Source: Eledone cirrhosa
Taxonomy: Eukaryota
Direction: 5' to 3'
DNA: 64,000 bases
NCBI GenBank assembly: GCA_964016885.1
Contig: OZ024743.1
Coordinates: 255,626,001-255,690,000, forward strand
Shown here: positions 38,885 through 52,654 of the stretch, in pieces
Position numbering within the stretch: the first letter of the stretch is position 1
How the letters are laid out: each line of letters opens with the position of its first letter
Position numbers and translations under genes: made by a program
The notes under the pieces: model-generated
Database searches by the model: none
Told to the model about the DNA's origin: nothing
What the model saw: only the letters and a program-made list of their open reading frames with translations

Positions 38885-39104
38885 AGGGTAGTAGATTGGC
38901 AAAGTCATTATAGTATCAGATAAAATATTTTGTGGTATTTAGTTATGACCCTTTAAATATGAGTTCCAATTCCATCGAGGTCAACTTTGCCTTTCATCTT
39001 TACAGAGTTTATAAAATAAAGCAACAATAATGAACTGGGGTCGATTTAATCGACTTTCCCCTCCCTTCAAATTACTGGCCTTGTGCCTATAGTAGAAATC
39101 ATTA
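38885..39104 (+). mobile_element. Older SINE (Meta/MESC-like)
   Basis: gaggtcaactttgcctttcatc..ggggtcgatttaatcgact..ggccttgtgcctatagtagaaatcatt. Confidence 0.7.
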
Positions 39105-39908
39105 GTATTTATTCTTCTCAGATACACACACAGACACATTACCCTGTACACTATATGTGAATGCAGCACATGCCTTCAATGCATCTCAGTCAATCACAGA
39201 CTGATGGTGCTCTGGTGTGAGGGAAGGGGGATTCAGAATATTCTGGGTGGGCACAACCTTTCTAGTGCAGATGCCATAATAAAATACTTCCAGTACATCC
39301 CATAATGTTGTTGGTGTTAGGACGGACAGCCAACTGTAGAAACAATGTTAAAGCATGGAATAAATGAACTAGCAAAATATTCACTCCTGACCTGTTTAAG
39401 GGAATAGTAACTCCAAATAATTTCTGACTCTGACTGTGGCAGCTAATCCAACTCTTGCCAGTCTGAATGCCTGACCTAACAAAATGATGAAATGAAGAAA
39501 AAGATACATATAAAAGCATAGCATTAGCCCTTTTATCACCATATTCCTATTGAAAAATGTTGAAAATAATCAAGAAAATGAAAAGATTTAATGGTATAAC
39601 TTAATTTTGTCATTATTAAGCTGGTGATTGGAACATAGTTTAACAAAGGTTTTTGTGCAGAATTACAATGGAACATTTTTAGACAAAATTACAACAATAA
39701 TATCAAACTACCTGGAACTGCTCTGAGAATTGTTTGTTTTAAATTGTTTATATCTAGAAACTTCATCATAATTTTATGGAAGAACCTTTGTTATATTACG
39801 TTTAAAACACTAGCTTCAAGTTGAGAAAGCCAGTTATATTATAAAATCCTCACAAACATTTGATTATTTGAAAACCATAAAAATGTGGTAATGAAAGGTT
39901 CCACTATG

Positions 39909-40107
39909 AAGGAATAAAATGGACGAGAAGAGACCACAAACATTTAAATACATTCAACACCTTTTAGACTGCCTGCCGATTTGACGATTTAACTAAGAGT
40001 AGTGTGTAAGGTAGACAGCTTATAACAATCGTCAACACTGCAGATGGTCTAAAAGCTGATGAGTGTATTTAAATGTTTGTGGTCTCCTCTCATCCATTTT
40101 ATTCCTT
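39909..40107. repeat. ~200-bp fold-back (MITE-like hairpin)
   Basis: aaggaataaaatgga.gag.agagaccacaaacatttaaatac.. pairs with its reverse complement at 40046-40107; inner ttgacgatt/aatcgtcaa. Confidence 0.85.
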
Positions 40108-40300
40108 TCTCCTTTCTTGCTATCAATTTTTGCTAGCCAACTCACTTCTACCCGCTGATTGAGGTAAAACTTTTACCCGACGCTGCTTTGACACCATTTT
40201 GCTGTTTTAACAGCTTTCTTGTGCTGAGTTTTCCCATTTTTCTACGAATTCTAATACACTCACATCTCGAGTTTATCTTGTTCATATATGTATATATACA

Positions 40301-40499
<199 letters not shown>

Positions 40500-40502
<3 letters not shown>

Positions 40503-40871
40503 GCGAGGGAAAAGTGGTAAGGAACCAGGTGGACCATAACGCACCAAAGTACTCAATACTTAGGGTAGTAGAGTGGGTAATAGGAGTAAGTAAGACCCCG
40601 ACGGCTGAGCTCAAGCCGTTTCGACGGCTAATTCAGTACAGAATTAGCCGTCGAAACGGCTTGAGCTCAGCCGTCGGGGTCTTACTTACTCCTATTACCC
40701 ACTCTACTACCCTAAGTATTGAGTACTTTGGTGCGTTATGGTCCACCTGGTTCCTTACCACTTTCCCCTCGCTATCTAGCTCCTATCCCCGTAGTAGAGC
40801 ACTTTCCGACCTTTCAGTACAGAATTAGCCGTCGAAACGGCTTGAGCTCAGCCGTCGGGGTCTTACTTACT

Positions 40872-40875
<4 letters not shown>
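40500..40875. mobile_element. Young fold-back element: 135-bp near-perfect palindrome plus partial 181-bp direct repeat
   Basis: 40500-40634 is the reverse complement of 40641-40775; 40632-40695 repeated at 40813-40875; inserted in (TA)n. Confidence 0.8.
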
Positions 40876-40918
<43 letters not shown>

Positions 40919-41265
40919 TACGATTGTACGCTCATATACTTATTTTCTTATGTGGGTAAGAGTGTCTATGTGGTTGTGTTTTTGTATTTTTGCACGCTTG
41001 TCTATGTGTATGTGGTCATGTATGTATGTGTGTGTGAATGTATATATTTATTTATATATGTATATACACCTGCATTTGTGTATACGTTCTTATATGTGTG
41101 TATGAGTGTATGTGCATGCGTGTATGTGTATGTATGTGTGTATATGTTTGTTTATTAATTTATATATATATGTGTGTGTGTATATATATATATATATATA
41201 ACCCATGCTAGCATGGAAGAACGGACGTAAAACGGTGATGATGATGATGATGATGTATGTGTATG

Positions 41266-41299
<34 letters not shown>

Positions 41300-41337
41300 A
41301 TATAAGATCAAAAGATGGTTAAAGGAGTTCCATTTAC

Positions 41338-41402
41338 TTTATTATGCGCATTTCAAAAACAAACATCATCATGCAATAATATTTGTGTTTTCATCAGATA
41401 AA
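41338..41402 (-). ncRNA. Type I hammerhead ribozyme (PLE pLTR)
   Basis: tttat-CTGATGA-aaacacaaatattatt..gatgatgtttgttttt-GAAA-tgcgca-TA-ataaa. Confidence 0.8.
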
Positions 41403-42417
41403 ACAGGAGAACATGATATGAAGGCTAAAAAACACTTGTGGATAGTGCAGTTTTAAATCAACATATGAAAAGTGGTTTTAGATTGATGTGTGATATTGGG
41501 AAAAATATTTTATTTAGAGAGGGGGGGTGGAAAGGATGAAAAAGGGGAGGAGATGAGAGGGAGAGATGGGTGATAGAGAGAAAGAGATAGTTTTTATAAC
41601 TGAGAGGAGTTATATTGTTTTACATAGAGAGGTTGAAAACCGTTGGAAGATAATGTATAAATTAAAAAAATTTGAAAATTAACGAAAGGAGGATATGTGC
41701 GAGGAAAAAGTATTTTATTTAGGGAGGGGGGGGATGAAAAAAGGGGGAGGAGATGAGAGTGAAGGTGGAGAGGGAGAGATGGGTGATAGAAAGAGATAGT
41801 TTTTATAACTGAGAGAAAGATATATTGTTTTACATAGAGAGGTTGAGAACCGTTGGAAGATAATGTATAAATTAAAGGAATTTGAAAATTAACGAAGGGA
41901 ATTTATGTATGAAGATAGAGAGAAGAAATAATAATTGTGGATGAATATTCTAACGTCAAAAAAGGGTATGTTGATAAGTATTGTGGCAATTTCAAAATTA
42001 ACGAAGAGAAAAATTATTAAGGTTTGTGTGTAGAAGGATTTGAGAAAAATAATGTGAAGTTAAAGTTTGTATATTGGAGGAATTGATAATATATGCGAAT
42101 AAAGAGTTAATATGTATTAAGAATGAGTTCGTTGATGGGGAGAAAAAAATAATAAATTAAGGATGAAATTGAGATTAAAAAGATTTATGATAGAGAGAAA
42201 AAAATAATGATTGCGGATGAATATTCTAACGTCAAAAAACAAATGTATATGTTATGAAGGATTTTACAAGGTGAAGATAGAATGAGGGTAATGAGTAAAC
42301 AAGTATTATAGAGTGTATAATGCCCTTTAAAGTATGGTAGGAAGATGGGTATATTTTAACGAGGTGTATGTATATGTGCCTTTGAGAAAAGATTCTAAAT
42401 TGATAAAGAATTGAATA

Positions 42418-43455
42418 TTAACTGTATACTTTGTGAAAAGTTCTATGGAATTTATGCAGGCAGATAGAAAACAAATCTGTACGTCTATTTATTATAGAAT
42501 CTAGGTTAGAGATAATGGTAAATTTTTCATTTAGGCAGAGATTACAGATTTTAGATAGAGAGCTGTTCAAGTATGAGGATGCAGAAGAAACCTTCTTCCA
42601 AAAGATGGTATATTTAATGTTTTTGTCTTTTAAGGACCATATGAGTTCTGAGAGAGCAGTGTTGGTTCTTTTAAGTTTGTATTTGAAAGATGAATGATGA
42701 TTATAGAGACGAGCTTTAAAAGAGGTGGAAGTGGAGCCAAAATAGGTGAAGGAATTGGTGCTAGTTATAATTTTACATTCATAAATTAAGTTTTTATCGA
42801 GACAATGGTTGTTGAGAGGACATTTATTTTTAATGCGGCAGTTGCAATTAGAGAGATTATTAATGAGTGACCTAGTGTTATCTATAGAAGGAATTGAATT
42901 GGAGAAGTTGTTTGCGATAGGAATAATAGGAATAATAGTTTCTTGATTTAGAGTTGGATTATGAACATTTAGCGAAGTTGTGTTTGACGTTGTATTTGGG
43001 TTTACAGAAGTTAGCCTAGGGTTTACAATGACGTCGGGAGTACTATTACTGTTATTATGAAATTCAATGTTGGAAGGAAGAGATTTAGTATTTAGTATTT
43101 TATTGTTGTGTTTAGAGATGATGTTGGAAATATTGGAGGATGTGGAATAAGAAAATTTGATGGTGTGTTTGTTAAATATTTTACTATAGATATGTGAGGG
43201 AGGGAAGCATTTATTTAAGGCACTAAAAAATAATTTAGGAATATTGTTATTAATAGAGATGGAGAAAGGAGCATTATACCAGATTATGTTTTTGTATCTA
43301 GGTCTTTTATTAAAATTATTGGAATGATCATGATTAATTATTCTACTGTAAGTTTTTCTAGTATTTGTTTCTTTACTATATTTGATTTTATCTGGATAGC
43401 CGGCTTTAGAAAGTGCGTTATTATAGTAATTGGCGTTAGCATCATCCGCAATCAT
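42418..43455 (-). pseudogene. Truncated PLE ORF: RT thumb (IIWYNAPFS), CxCx5C linker, GIY-YIG endonuclease
   Basis: NCNCRIKNKCPL..CL..LIY....YFGST..FKARLYNH...CNLCLNEK...CLH; RT catalytic core missing (lost at the inversion junction). Confidence 0.85.
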
Positions 43456-44266
43456 TATTTTTTTCTCTCTATCATAAATCTTTTTAATCTCAATTTCATC
43501 CTTAATTTATTATTTTTTTCTCCCCATCAACGAACTCATTCTTAATACATATTAACTCTTTATTCGCATATATTATCAATTCCTCCAATATACAAACTTT
43601 AACTTCACATTATTTTTCTCAAATCCTTCTACACACAAACCTTAATAATTTTTCTCTTCGTTAATTTTGAAATTGCCACAATACTTATCAACATACCCTT
43701 TTTTGACGTTAGAATATTCATCCACAATTATTATTTCTTCTCTCTATCTTCATACATAAATTCCCTTCGTTAATTTTCAAATTCCTTTAATTTATACATT
43801 ATCTTCCAACGGTTCTCAACCTCTCTATGTAAAACAATATATCTTTCTCTCAGTTATAAAAACTATCTCTTTCTCTCTATCACCCATCTCTCCCTCTCCA
43901 CCTTCACTCTCATCTCCTCCCCCTTTTTTCACCCCCCCCCCTCCCTAAATAAAATACTTTTTCCTCGCACATATCCTCCTTTCGTTAATTTTCAAATTTT
44001 TTTAATTTATACATTATCTTCCAACGGTTTTCAACCTCTCTATGTAAAACAATATATCTCCTCTCAGTTATAAAAACTATCTCTTTCTCTCTATCACCCA
44101 TCTCTCCCTCTCATCTCCTCCCCTTTTTCATCCTTTCCACCCCACCCCCTCTCTAAATAAAATATTTTTCCCAATATCACACATCAATCTAAAACCACTT
44201 TTCATATGTTGATTTAAAACTGCACTATCCACAAGTGTTTTTTAGCCTTCATATCATGTTCTCCTG

Positions 44267-44333
44267 TTTTATCTGATGAAAACACAAATATTATTGCTTG
44301 ATGATGTTTGTTTTTGAAATGCGCATAATAAAA
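44267..44333 (+). ncRNA. Type I hammerhead ribozyme (inverted PLE pLTR)
   Basis: ttttat-CTGATGA-(stem II)-GAAA-tgcgca-TA-ataaaa; palindromic stem III. Confidence 0.8.
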
Positions 44334-44621
44334 TACATGGAACTCCTTTAACCATCTTTTGATCTTATATTATGTATACTCCAGTCCTACAAACTGTAGA
44401 GTGCTTCTTATCCGATATCTGCATTGCTTTATTGTACTACAATAAAACTCACCTCCTACATTATATATATATATATATATAGACGGCGAGTCTACGATTT
44501 CCCGCCTTCACTATACACCAATGTATTTACGGGTCACTTTCACGACCTTTTAGACCTGTATTAGTTGGAGTGAGGTCATATATTTTGTCGTTCCTGGGGT
44601 TTTTAACCCTAGGACAGGAAA

Positions 44622-44707
44622 ATGCTTCTCTGATGATCGTTGCTTTTCCATTAATATCCTGGTGATATTTAATGTTTTGCACCGTGAAATTGTACAGTTA
44701 GGGCCAT
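44622..44707 (+). ncRNA. Degenerate hammerhead in a second pLTR-like fragment (44481-44821)
   Basis: atgcttct-CTGATGA-tcgttgc..gcaccgt-GAAA-ttgtacag-TT-agggccat; stem I depends on G-U pairs. Confidence 0.45.
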
Positions 44708-44819
44708 CAGAATAGGTAAATATTTATATTGTATTTTTTAATTTTGATTAATTTTGATTGTATATTAATTTTGATTTATTTTGAAAAATTGATTGAATTT
44801 TTACTTGTTCTGCTTATCT

Positions 44820-44898
<79 letters not shown>

Positions 44899-45349
44899 AG
44901 TGTGTGTGTATATATACTTATATATATATAATTCTTTTTTTCTTCGCCTGTTGTTTCCTCAGCCTCACTTTTATATTTCTTATATATTTGTTTTCAAATC
45001 CACATTTAATAAAAAACACCATGTTATTTTCATTCTGACGACTGAAAGCAGATTTATTTGCTTTGAAGAAACTACTGGTAAATGAAATAATTATCTTATG
45101 TTGTTTATTACATAACTATATATATATATATATTTGAGTGTGTATGTAGAGGATGCAATCCTCACAACAGAACAACAAATGAAAGATGAGGGATGGATGA
45201 AAAAAAAGCATCCATCTTCCTTATCAGAAACCTTCTTGGAAATTCCATTGTGTTTTTTTGATGTGTTTCATTTTTTCCCTGTGCAACTTTGTTAGTTATA
45301 ATTACACTAACACCAAGCTTCCTATGTGTTCACTGGATTATAGAGTGTG

Positions 45350-45750
45350 GGACCCTGTCAATGCCTTCTCCAGATCTACAAATGCCTGATATTGCATTGG
45401 CTTACTTTTAGTTAAATACCTTTCCTGAAAGAGGGCATCGATAGTACTTCTACCTCCTATAAATCCAAACTACACATCATCTAACTTGCTTCTTTCCCTA
45501 ATTAGTTGTGCTATAACCTTTTCAGCAACATTCAAGACATGGTCTATCAGCTCGATGCCTCTGTAGTTACTTCTCTTTAGTGCATCATCTTTGCCCTTGT
45601 AGCAATTTACAATGATACTGCTGTGCCATCCTGGACAACTTGAGTAACTATGTATCTCATAGCTCATAACCTACCATGCGAGATACTTTTAGCATCTTAA
45701 CAACTATATCGGATGTTCCAGCTGCTTTCACTACCTTCATGTCCTTATTT
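45350..45750 (-). mobile_element. Decayed RTE fragment
   Basis: WHSSIIVNCYKGKDDALKRSNYRGIELIDHVLNVAEKVIAQLIRE. Confidence 0.8.
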
Positions 45751-45751
45751 G

Positions 45752-47073
45752 CTATATAATAAGTAATGGGAACATTTTAGACAAGGCAGTAAATATCAGT
45801 AAATATCATTCAGTTAGAATGCTACCTACTTCAAGGTGACTTACTATGTATAAAGTGACTAACTGGCAAATTCCTAGTGTGCAGTTGTGTTCCAAATGGA
45901 AGCACTGTGATTCAGTTTGCTGAGCCCTCAAAACATAGTAAGATGCAGGGAAACATGGAGTAAAAATATGCCATCAAATTTTGTGTTAAACTTAAGAAAA
46001 CCAAGCAAGAAGCCTATAGAATATAAGAGGGGACCTATGGAGTGAACTGATGTGAGCAAAGCAAGTTTCTACAGATGGTTTAACCCTTTAGCATTTAAAC
46101 CAGCTGCATCTGGCCAGAATTCTCTCCCCTCTTTCTGTTCGAACCAGCCATAGACGGTCCTTCATACTGACATTAAGGTATTGTTCTCAAAATAGATAAT
46201 ATTAAATTCTCATAGATTCAATATTCTGTGAGATAATTCTGTGAGATAATTCTGTGAGGTAAAGCCTTTACTGTGAAAATACAATAATGTATATAGAGTA
46301 ATGTAAATTCGAAAGGGTTAAACAATTCTCTGAAGATGAACAGGTTGAGGATGAACACAGATCTGTAGCACCAAACAGTGCACAAAAGGAGAAAAAACAT
46401 TGAAGAAGTGCAAAGGGTAGTGGTGGAAGACCATTGAGCTGCTGTGAGGATGATATCTGAAGTTATTGATATTGGTAGTGGCTCAGCAGAGATAATTTTA
46501 ACCAAAGATCTTGTTTTCAGAATAAAGTAGTGACGTGTGATGAGAATTGTCTATTCACTTATGATCATGTGTGCAAATGTCTTCCCACAAACCCAAGAAG
46601 GCAATGAGGAGAAGATCATAAGAGAAGACCATGGTCATTCCTTTTTTTACTTTCAGGGGTTAATTCATATTGAATGTGTTCCTGAGGGCCAAACTGTCAA
46701 TAAGGAGTAATAACTTGAAGTTTAAAAAATGCCACAAATCAATGCTGATGACCACCTGAATGACCAACAGGGGAATGAACCCTACAGCCTTGATCTGGCT
46801 CACTTCTTGTGACTTCTTCCTGTTCCCACATATGAAAGACAGCCTCACAGGTTTCAGATTCGAGTCAACACAAGAACTGAAGGAAGCATTGCAAATTTCC
46901 TGATGAAAGTACAGAGGAAAAACTGGGAGGTTGTCTTCGAGGAGTGAGAAAGATGTCTGCAAAAGTATGTTGATGTGAGAGGTCATTATTTTGAAGGAAA
47001 CAAAGTTTTATAAGCTAATGAAAATAAATAACGTCTCCTGAAATTTTCTCATTACTTATTGAATATATCTTGT
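45752..47073 (+). mobile_element. Decayed mariner/Tc1 transposon
   Basis: AIKFCVKL N-terminus, PYS.DLA..DFFLFPHMK..L.G.RFES C-terminus; TIR-like aataagtaatg / cattacttatt ends. Confidence 0.7.
46084..46317. mobile_element. piggyBac-like MITE nested in the mariner
   Basis: TTAA-CCCTTT...AAAGGG-TTAA. Confidence 0.65.
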
Positions 47074-48223
47074 GTATATGTATGTCTCAATGTATATGCA
47101 CTTATATATGTGTGTGTGTGTGTGTGTGTAGGTGTGTCTGTGAGTGTTTAATGATTAATGGTTTATTTATTTATATATGTGTGTGTGTGAACATATATAT
47201 ATATATAATCATTCTTATCCATCAGACGTTTCAGTTAATCACGGCCAAAGACAAGGAATTTTATATTTGAAAGCCAATGACGTCTGCCAAAAGATAAGAT
47301 TCCTTATCTATGAGAGTTAATGAGTTAATAGATATTTCAGATTTGAAAAATGGCTAAAATTATTTGCTAGATTCTTAGAGAAAATAGAGGAGAAAAGAAT
47401 ATTTTCCTCGATTCCTATTCATCTGTAATGGTTTCATAAAAGCAGAATCTGCTTTAACAGCTGCTGTTGTTAGCATTGATATGTATCTGGGTAAGTAAAC
47501 TGGAAACCATCCGAACATGACCATCCTGCCTTTCTCAGAATGTGCTGGTAGGATGGATCCCTCATTACTGTCAATGATGAGTGTTGCACTTGTTCAATCA
47601 TTTTGGTGTCCTATTTGTAAACTCAACATAGATGTGGCTGAGTAATCCACAGTCATGTTTTCCCTTAATGATCATGTGACTATATTGCTAATGAAATACA
47701 CTCTATTTCAATTAATTCATAAAGAACTTTTTATGATTTACTAAAATTATTAATTATTTCATTACTAAGATAACAACTTGCTATATGATTCTAATATAAA
47801 ATTATGTTGGAATATTTAAATTTAAATAGGAACCCTTAAAAATGGGTGGCTTTGTTTCATAGAACCAGAATGAGTTTTGACAGGTTTTGTATCTAAAGTG
47901 TTAACATAATTCTCAGGCAGAATTAGTATAATACAATGACTCACTTAACTGGTCCTATGAATTACAGGTACAGTCCATCTTGTATTTTTGTGTAAATGAC
48001 AGAGTATGCCAAAGATGTCTGTACTTTTATCATAATTCTCATATAGTTCGGAGGACTAACCTTCATCTGAAAGGCTTCTGCACATTTACCCAATTTCTCT
48101 TATAGAAAATTTGAATCAATCCAAGGTTATGGTAAATGTCACCCAAGTTCTTATATAATGGGATCAAACTGGAAATATAAATTTCCCACACTTAGGTCAT
48201 TGAGAATATGAATGTATGTTGCA

Positions 48224-48471
48224 ATAATTGTTTCTACTTTTGGCACATGGCCAGCAATTACCGGTACTTTATTTTATTACTGGTATTATATTTAATTGGT
48301 ATTTTATTACTGGTACTTTATTACTGGTACTTTATTTTATGCATTACTGGTACTTTATTTTATTGACCCCGTAAGGATGAAAGGCAAAGTTAACTTTGGC
48401 AGAATTTGAACTCAGATCTTAAAGGGCCGTAACTCTATGCTCCAAAACATGGTGTCCGACTCTCTACCGAT
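48224..48471 (-). mobile_element. SINE with internally stuttered ttactggtactttatt units
   Basis: Family core; short unit reiterated about 5 times at 48258-48362. Confidence 0.8.
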
Positions 48472-49219
48472 AAATATTAGTTTCCTTGATCTTTTTATAT
48501 ATTATTAGCACATACATTACTATATTACTAATAAAATGGTTGTCAAATAGTTTTGAATCTAATCAAGAATTTGAAAAATTTAGTAATATAATTAACTTTA
48601 TTATACCTAAAATTGATAAAATGTTTTTAGCTATGTATAAACATTTAAAATTATCATGAATTGCAGGGACTTAATAATATAACTAACTTTTTCATTATTA
48701 ACCTTGTGTTTGAAATATCATAAACAGCTTTGCACAGAGTGTTTTTGAGCAGTTTGGTATGAAAAGTGTTAAGAAAAGGAATGAAGGCCATAACAACATC
48801 ACTTTTCACCATATATGCCAATCACTTACGTCTTTAAGAAAAATGAATAAATGCTATGAAACTCCATCTTGGCTCTCCTATAAATCTTAGATTTCTCTGT
48901 CTGTCTGCATAATAAAAATCAATGATGATCAGAAATACCATTCTTTAATATTTGGTCAGCAATACCAAGACATGGAGGAGGGGGATGAGGTTGAGGTAGA
49001 AGTGAAGGAAATAGAGTAGATGAGTGGGGCCGGGGTTATATATATGGGTAGAGGTATGATGAGGTGGAGTGAGTGGTCATGAAGATAGTTATTTCCATAT
49101 GTAAAATATTTGTTGGAACCAATTTGTGCCAAGAACATCTTAAAACTCATTAATATTTTTTATAATGTACATATATGTGTGTGTATGTATATATATATAT
49201 ATGTGTGTGTGTATGCATG

Positions 49220-49273
<54 letters not shown>

Positions 49274-49276
49274 TGT

Positions 49277-49328
<52 letters not shown>

Positions 49329-49336
49329 TATATGTG

Positions 49337-49372
<36 letters not shown>

Positions 49373-50959
49373 CACATATATATGATGTATATATATATAT
49401 ATACATATATATATGTATATATACATCATATATATGTGTGTGTGTGTATATGTATATATATATATATATATATTACATACTTAAATATTTTGGTTTGTTC
49501 GTGCACTGTGTAAACAATATACATATAAAGACAAAGAAGAAAATGAAGAAGTACAAGAACAACAACAATAGCAACATTTATGCAAATATACGGTAGTTAA
49601 TGCACTAATGCAAGTTGATACAAGTGATCAGAGCTACATATGTCTATATGTATGTTGCTGGTGATTTTAAATTGTAAGTAGAGGGCAAAGAAAGGGCTGA
49701 GCAGAGTGAAGTTGCAGAGAGGCTGGTTGCGTTTATTTTTATTTATTTATTTTATTATTATTATTGGTGTTGTTGTTGTTGTTGTTTATTTGTATCATTG
49801 TTGTTGTTGTTTTTGTTGTTGTTTTTATTATTATTATTATTTCAGTTTGAAAACTAATATATTCTATTATTCCGATGTTCCTTATTGAAGCATTATAACA
49901 CCATCAAGATGTTCATGCATGAACATTATCAATCATTCAACTTTACATAATGCATTATTTTAATTTATGGAAATAAGGTCGGGAGTGGGGGGGGGGGGGG
50001 TTAAATAAAATAAAAACAAAAAAAAAACAAACAGAAGTGAGAGTTGTGGTGGGTGAAAGTTAAGGATTAAAATATCAGAAACAAAAAACAGAAAAGAAAA
50101 TGAAATTAAGAATCAACCCCAACACCCATCCCTCAAAAGTATTTTTATCAATAAGTCTAAAAACAAGAATAATTTGTTTACAAAATCTATAAGACTTTAA
50201 AGACTTTCATACTTTTGGTATCTTTGTGTAAATATATGATGTGTGATTTACAGTGAGATGAAAGCATTGATAGCAAGGAACCTCTTGAACATAAATTGTG
50301 AGAGCTGATCACATAATGCTGAGGTTCACAGGGATAGGGCACATGAAAAAGATTAGTGGAGGGCACTGTACTGGGAAGGAATCCTATAAGATATGCCTAA
50401 CATGCACAAGTGGATGACTAATGAAGATTTGGACAGAAATGTTGAGAACTGAGTTCAAGTTGCTGAACTTTGTAGAGGACACACAAAAGAGACAAGTTGA
50501 TGTATTGGAGAGGACTGATATAACGTATGACTAGCATGGAAAAGGGGAAGACCAATGAAGATGAGAGGAGAAGTAGTGAAATTTGATCTCAGGATGCTGA
50601 ATATTATACAAAGTGTTTTATAAATATAATGGCATCCTACGATAGAAACGAAACCAAAGAACGTGAAAATCCATGTAACTCAGGCAAGCATGGAAATTAT
50701 AAGTTAAATGGTAATGATGATGATGTGTGAAACTCTAAGATTTTAAATGACATATATAAAGTGTTTTAAAAATACACAACTTAAGAAGAAGAGGATGACC
50801 AAAGAAGACATAGACAGAGGTGGCAATAGCTGTTGTTAAGAACCTCACAAAGATGAGGAAAGAAACTATAGAAAGGATAGTGCCCTGGAGAGACCTCATT
50901 TAATCCATACAAGCATGAAAAATAGAAGCAAAAAAAACATTGATGTTAACGATGATAAT

Positions 50960-52441
50960 TATCATCATCATCATCATCTTCATTTAACGTCCATTTTCCA
51001 CGCTAGCATGAGTTAGACGGGAGTTGTCCCACTTGAGGCAAGGTTGGTCGGGTGACCGTGTCTCGCTCATATAGGAGTATCTGACAGGTTTTCTACAGCT
51101 GGATGCCCTTCCTAACACCAACCACATTTACACTGTGGAACTGGGAACTTCTTACCATGTTACCTACATGGCCACATTACAGCGTGGACTGTGTGTATTT
51201 TGTCGTGACACCAACATGATCTCAATCTCATTATCTCGTGCCGTTGGTGGGAGTGGGAGGATAGGGTAGGGGTAGTGGATTGGGGTGTATATTTGGTTAA
51301 GAAGTGCCTACTGACTGTAGGTTTCGCTTTGTATTTAGGCAAGGCGGGTCTTCTGTATTACTGCGTAACGCCAAAGATCTCGGTCCAGAGACATTGTCTT
51401 AGAGAGATGGAAGTGTGTAAAGTCGGAATTTATCAGATCATCCCAGGTTTTTCTGGGTCTACCTACTCCGTAACTGCCATTAATTTTGATCGCCCTGCAA
51501 TTTTTTTATGCAGCTGTCATCTTTCATGCGCATTACGTGACCATACCAACGTAGTCTTCCCTCAAGTAAACAGCATCTGATCCCTCTTATTCCTAATTTC
51601 TCACTTAGTTCATTTATGGTTTGCTGTTCACGTATATTACTATTACACATCCAACGGAGCATGCATGCTTCGTTCCTTTCCAGTCTACGCAGGTCCTCTG
51701 CACATAATGCCCATGTCTCACTTCCATGTAGCATTGCTGTTTGTATACAGGCATCATACAATCTCCCTTTCCTTTTTAGAGAGAAACCTTTTGTGGCCAA
51801 CAGCGGTATAAGTTCTCTGAACTTTTTCCATTCCGTTCTGACTCTGTCTACTGTACTTACAGAACACCCTCCACCACTGCTGATTTTGTCACCCAGGTAA
51901 CGGAAAGTGTCTACTATTTCTATAGAACCATCTGGGCAATAGAAGGAGCTAGTATCCTTTGGACACTTGCTACTTATTGCACCTGAGCATTGGCCACATA
52001 TAAAGTCTACGTTCTTAGATAGCTTACCTGTGATCCCACTACATCATTTATGTACCCATACTTTGCATTTGGGACATAAAATGGAATTTCTGCCTACTCC
52101 TTTCCTACACACCGAGCATGGCCATTTCCCTGAGGTCACCTGTGCTCTATTTTCCTTTCTACAAACTAGAACTTTAGTCTTAGACAAGTTAACTTTAAGG
52201 CCTTTAGATTCTAGGCCATGCTTCCATGTTTCGAATTTCTTATCTAGTTTAGCCATTGATTCCGCTATGAGCGTTAGATCATCTGCATATAGGAGTTCCC
52301 ATGGGCAGCTGGTCTTGAACTCCTCTGTTATAGCCTGAAGGGCAATAATAAATAAGAGGGCGCTAAGGACAGAGCCTTGATGAACGCCAAATTTTACACT
52401 AAATTCTTCACAATATTCATTGTTAATTCTAACCTTACTGC
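50960..52441 (-). mobile_element. RTE LINE 3' portion, same family as 18097-21578
   Basis: GVHQGSVLS, LYADD, PHD, AMLHGSETW motifs, 3' UTR and (GAT)n tail; stops present. Confidence 0.9.
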
Positions 52442-52580
52442 TTTTAAAATTAGTAGTGAGGTTACAGAAACGTTTAGTTGCATGAACATTTTGTGTACGA
52501 ATCAATATACAGCCCCAGTAATATATATATATATTACATACACACGTATATATATATGTATATATGTAATACGTAGGTGA

Positions 52581-52647
<67 letters not shown>

Positions 52648-52654
52648 TATGTTT

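Larger units (their letters stand above)
41297..44461 (-). mobile_element. 5'-truncated Penelope-like element (Naiad-type) with inverted pLTRs
   Basis: 41297-42220 inverted at 43442-44373; GIY-YIG ORF between; hammerheads in both arms; TA-repeat flanks; internal ~200-bp duplication within the arms. Confidence 0.9.

Noticed and set aside
47215-47300. GAAACGTC on the minus strand
   Set aside because: No upstream CUGANGA or stem I
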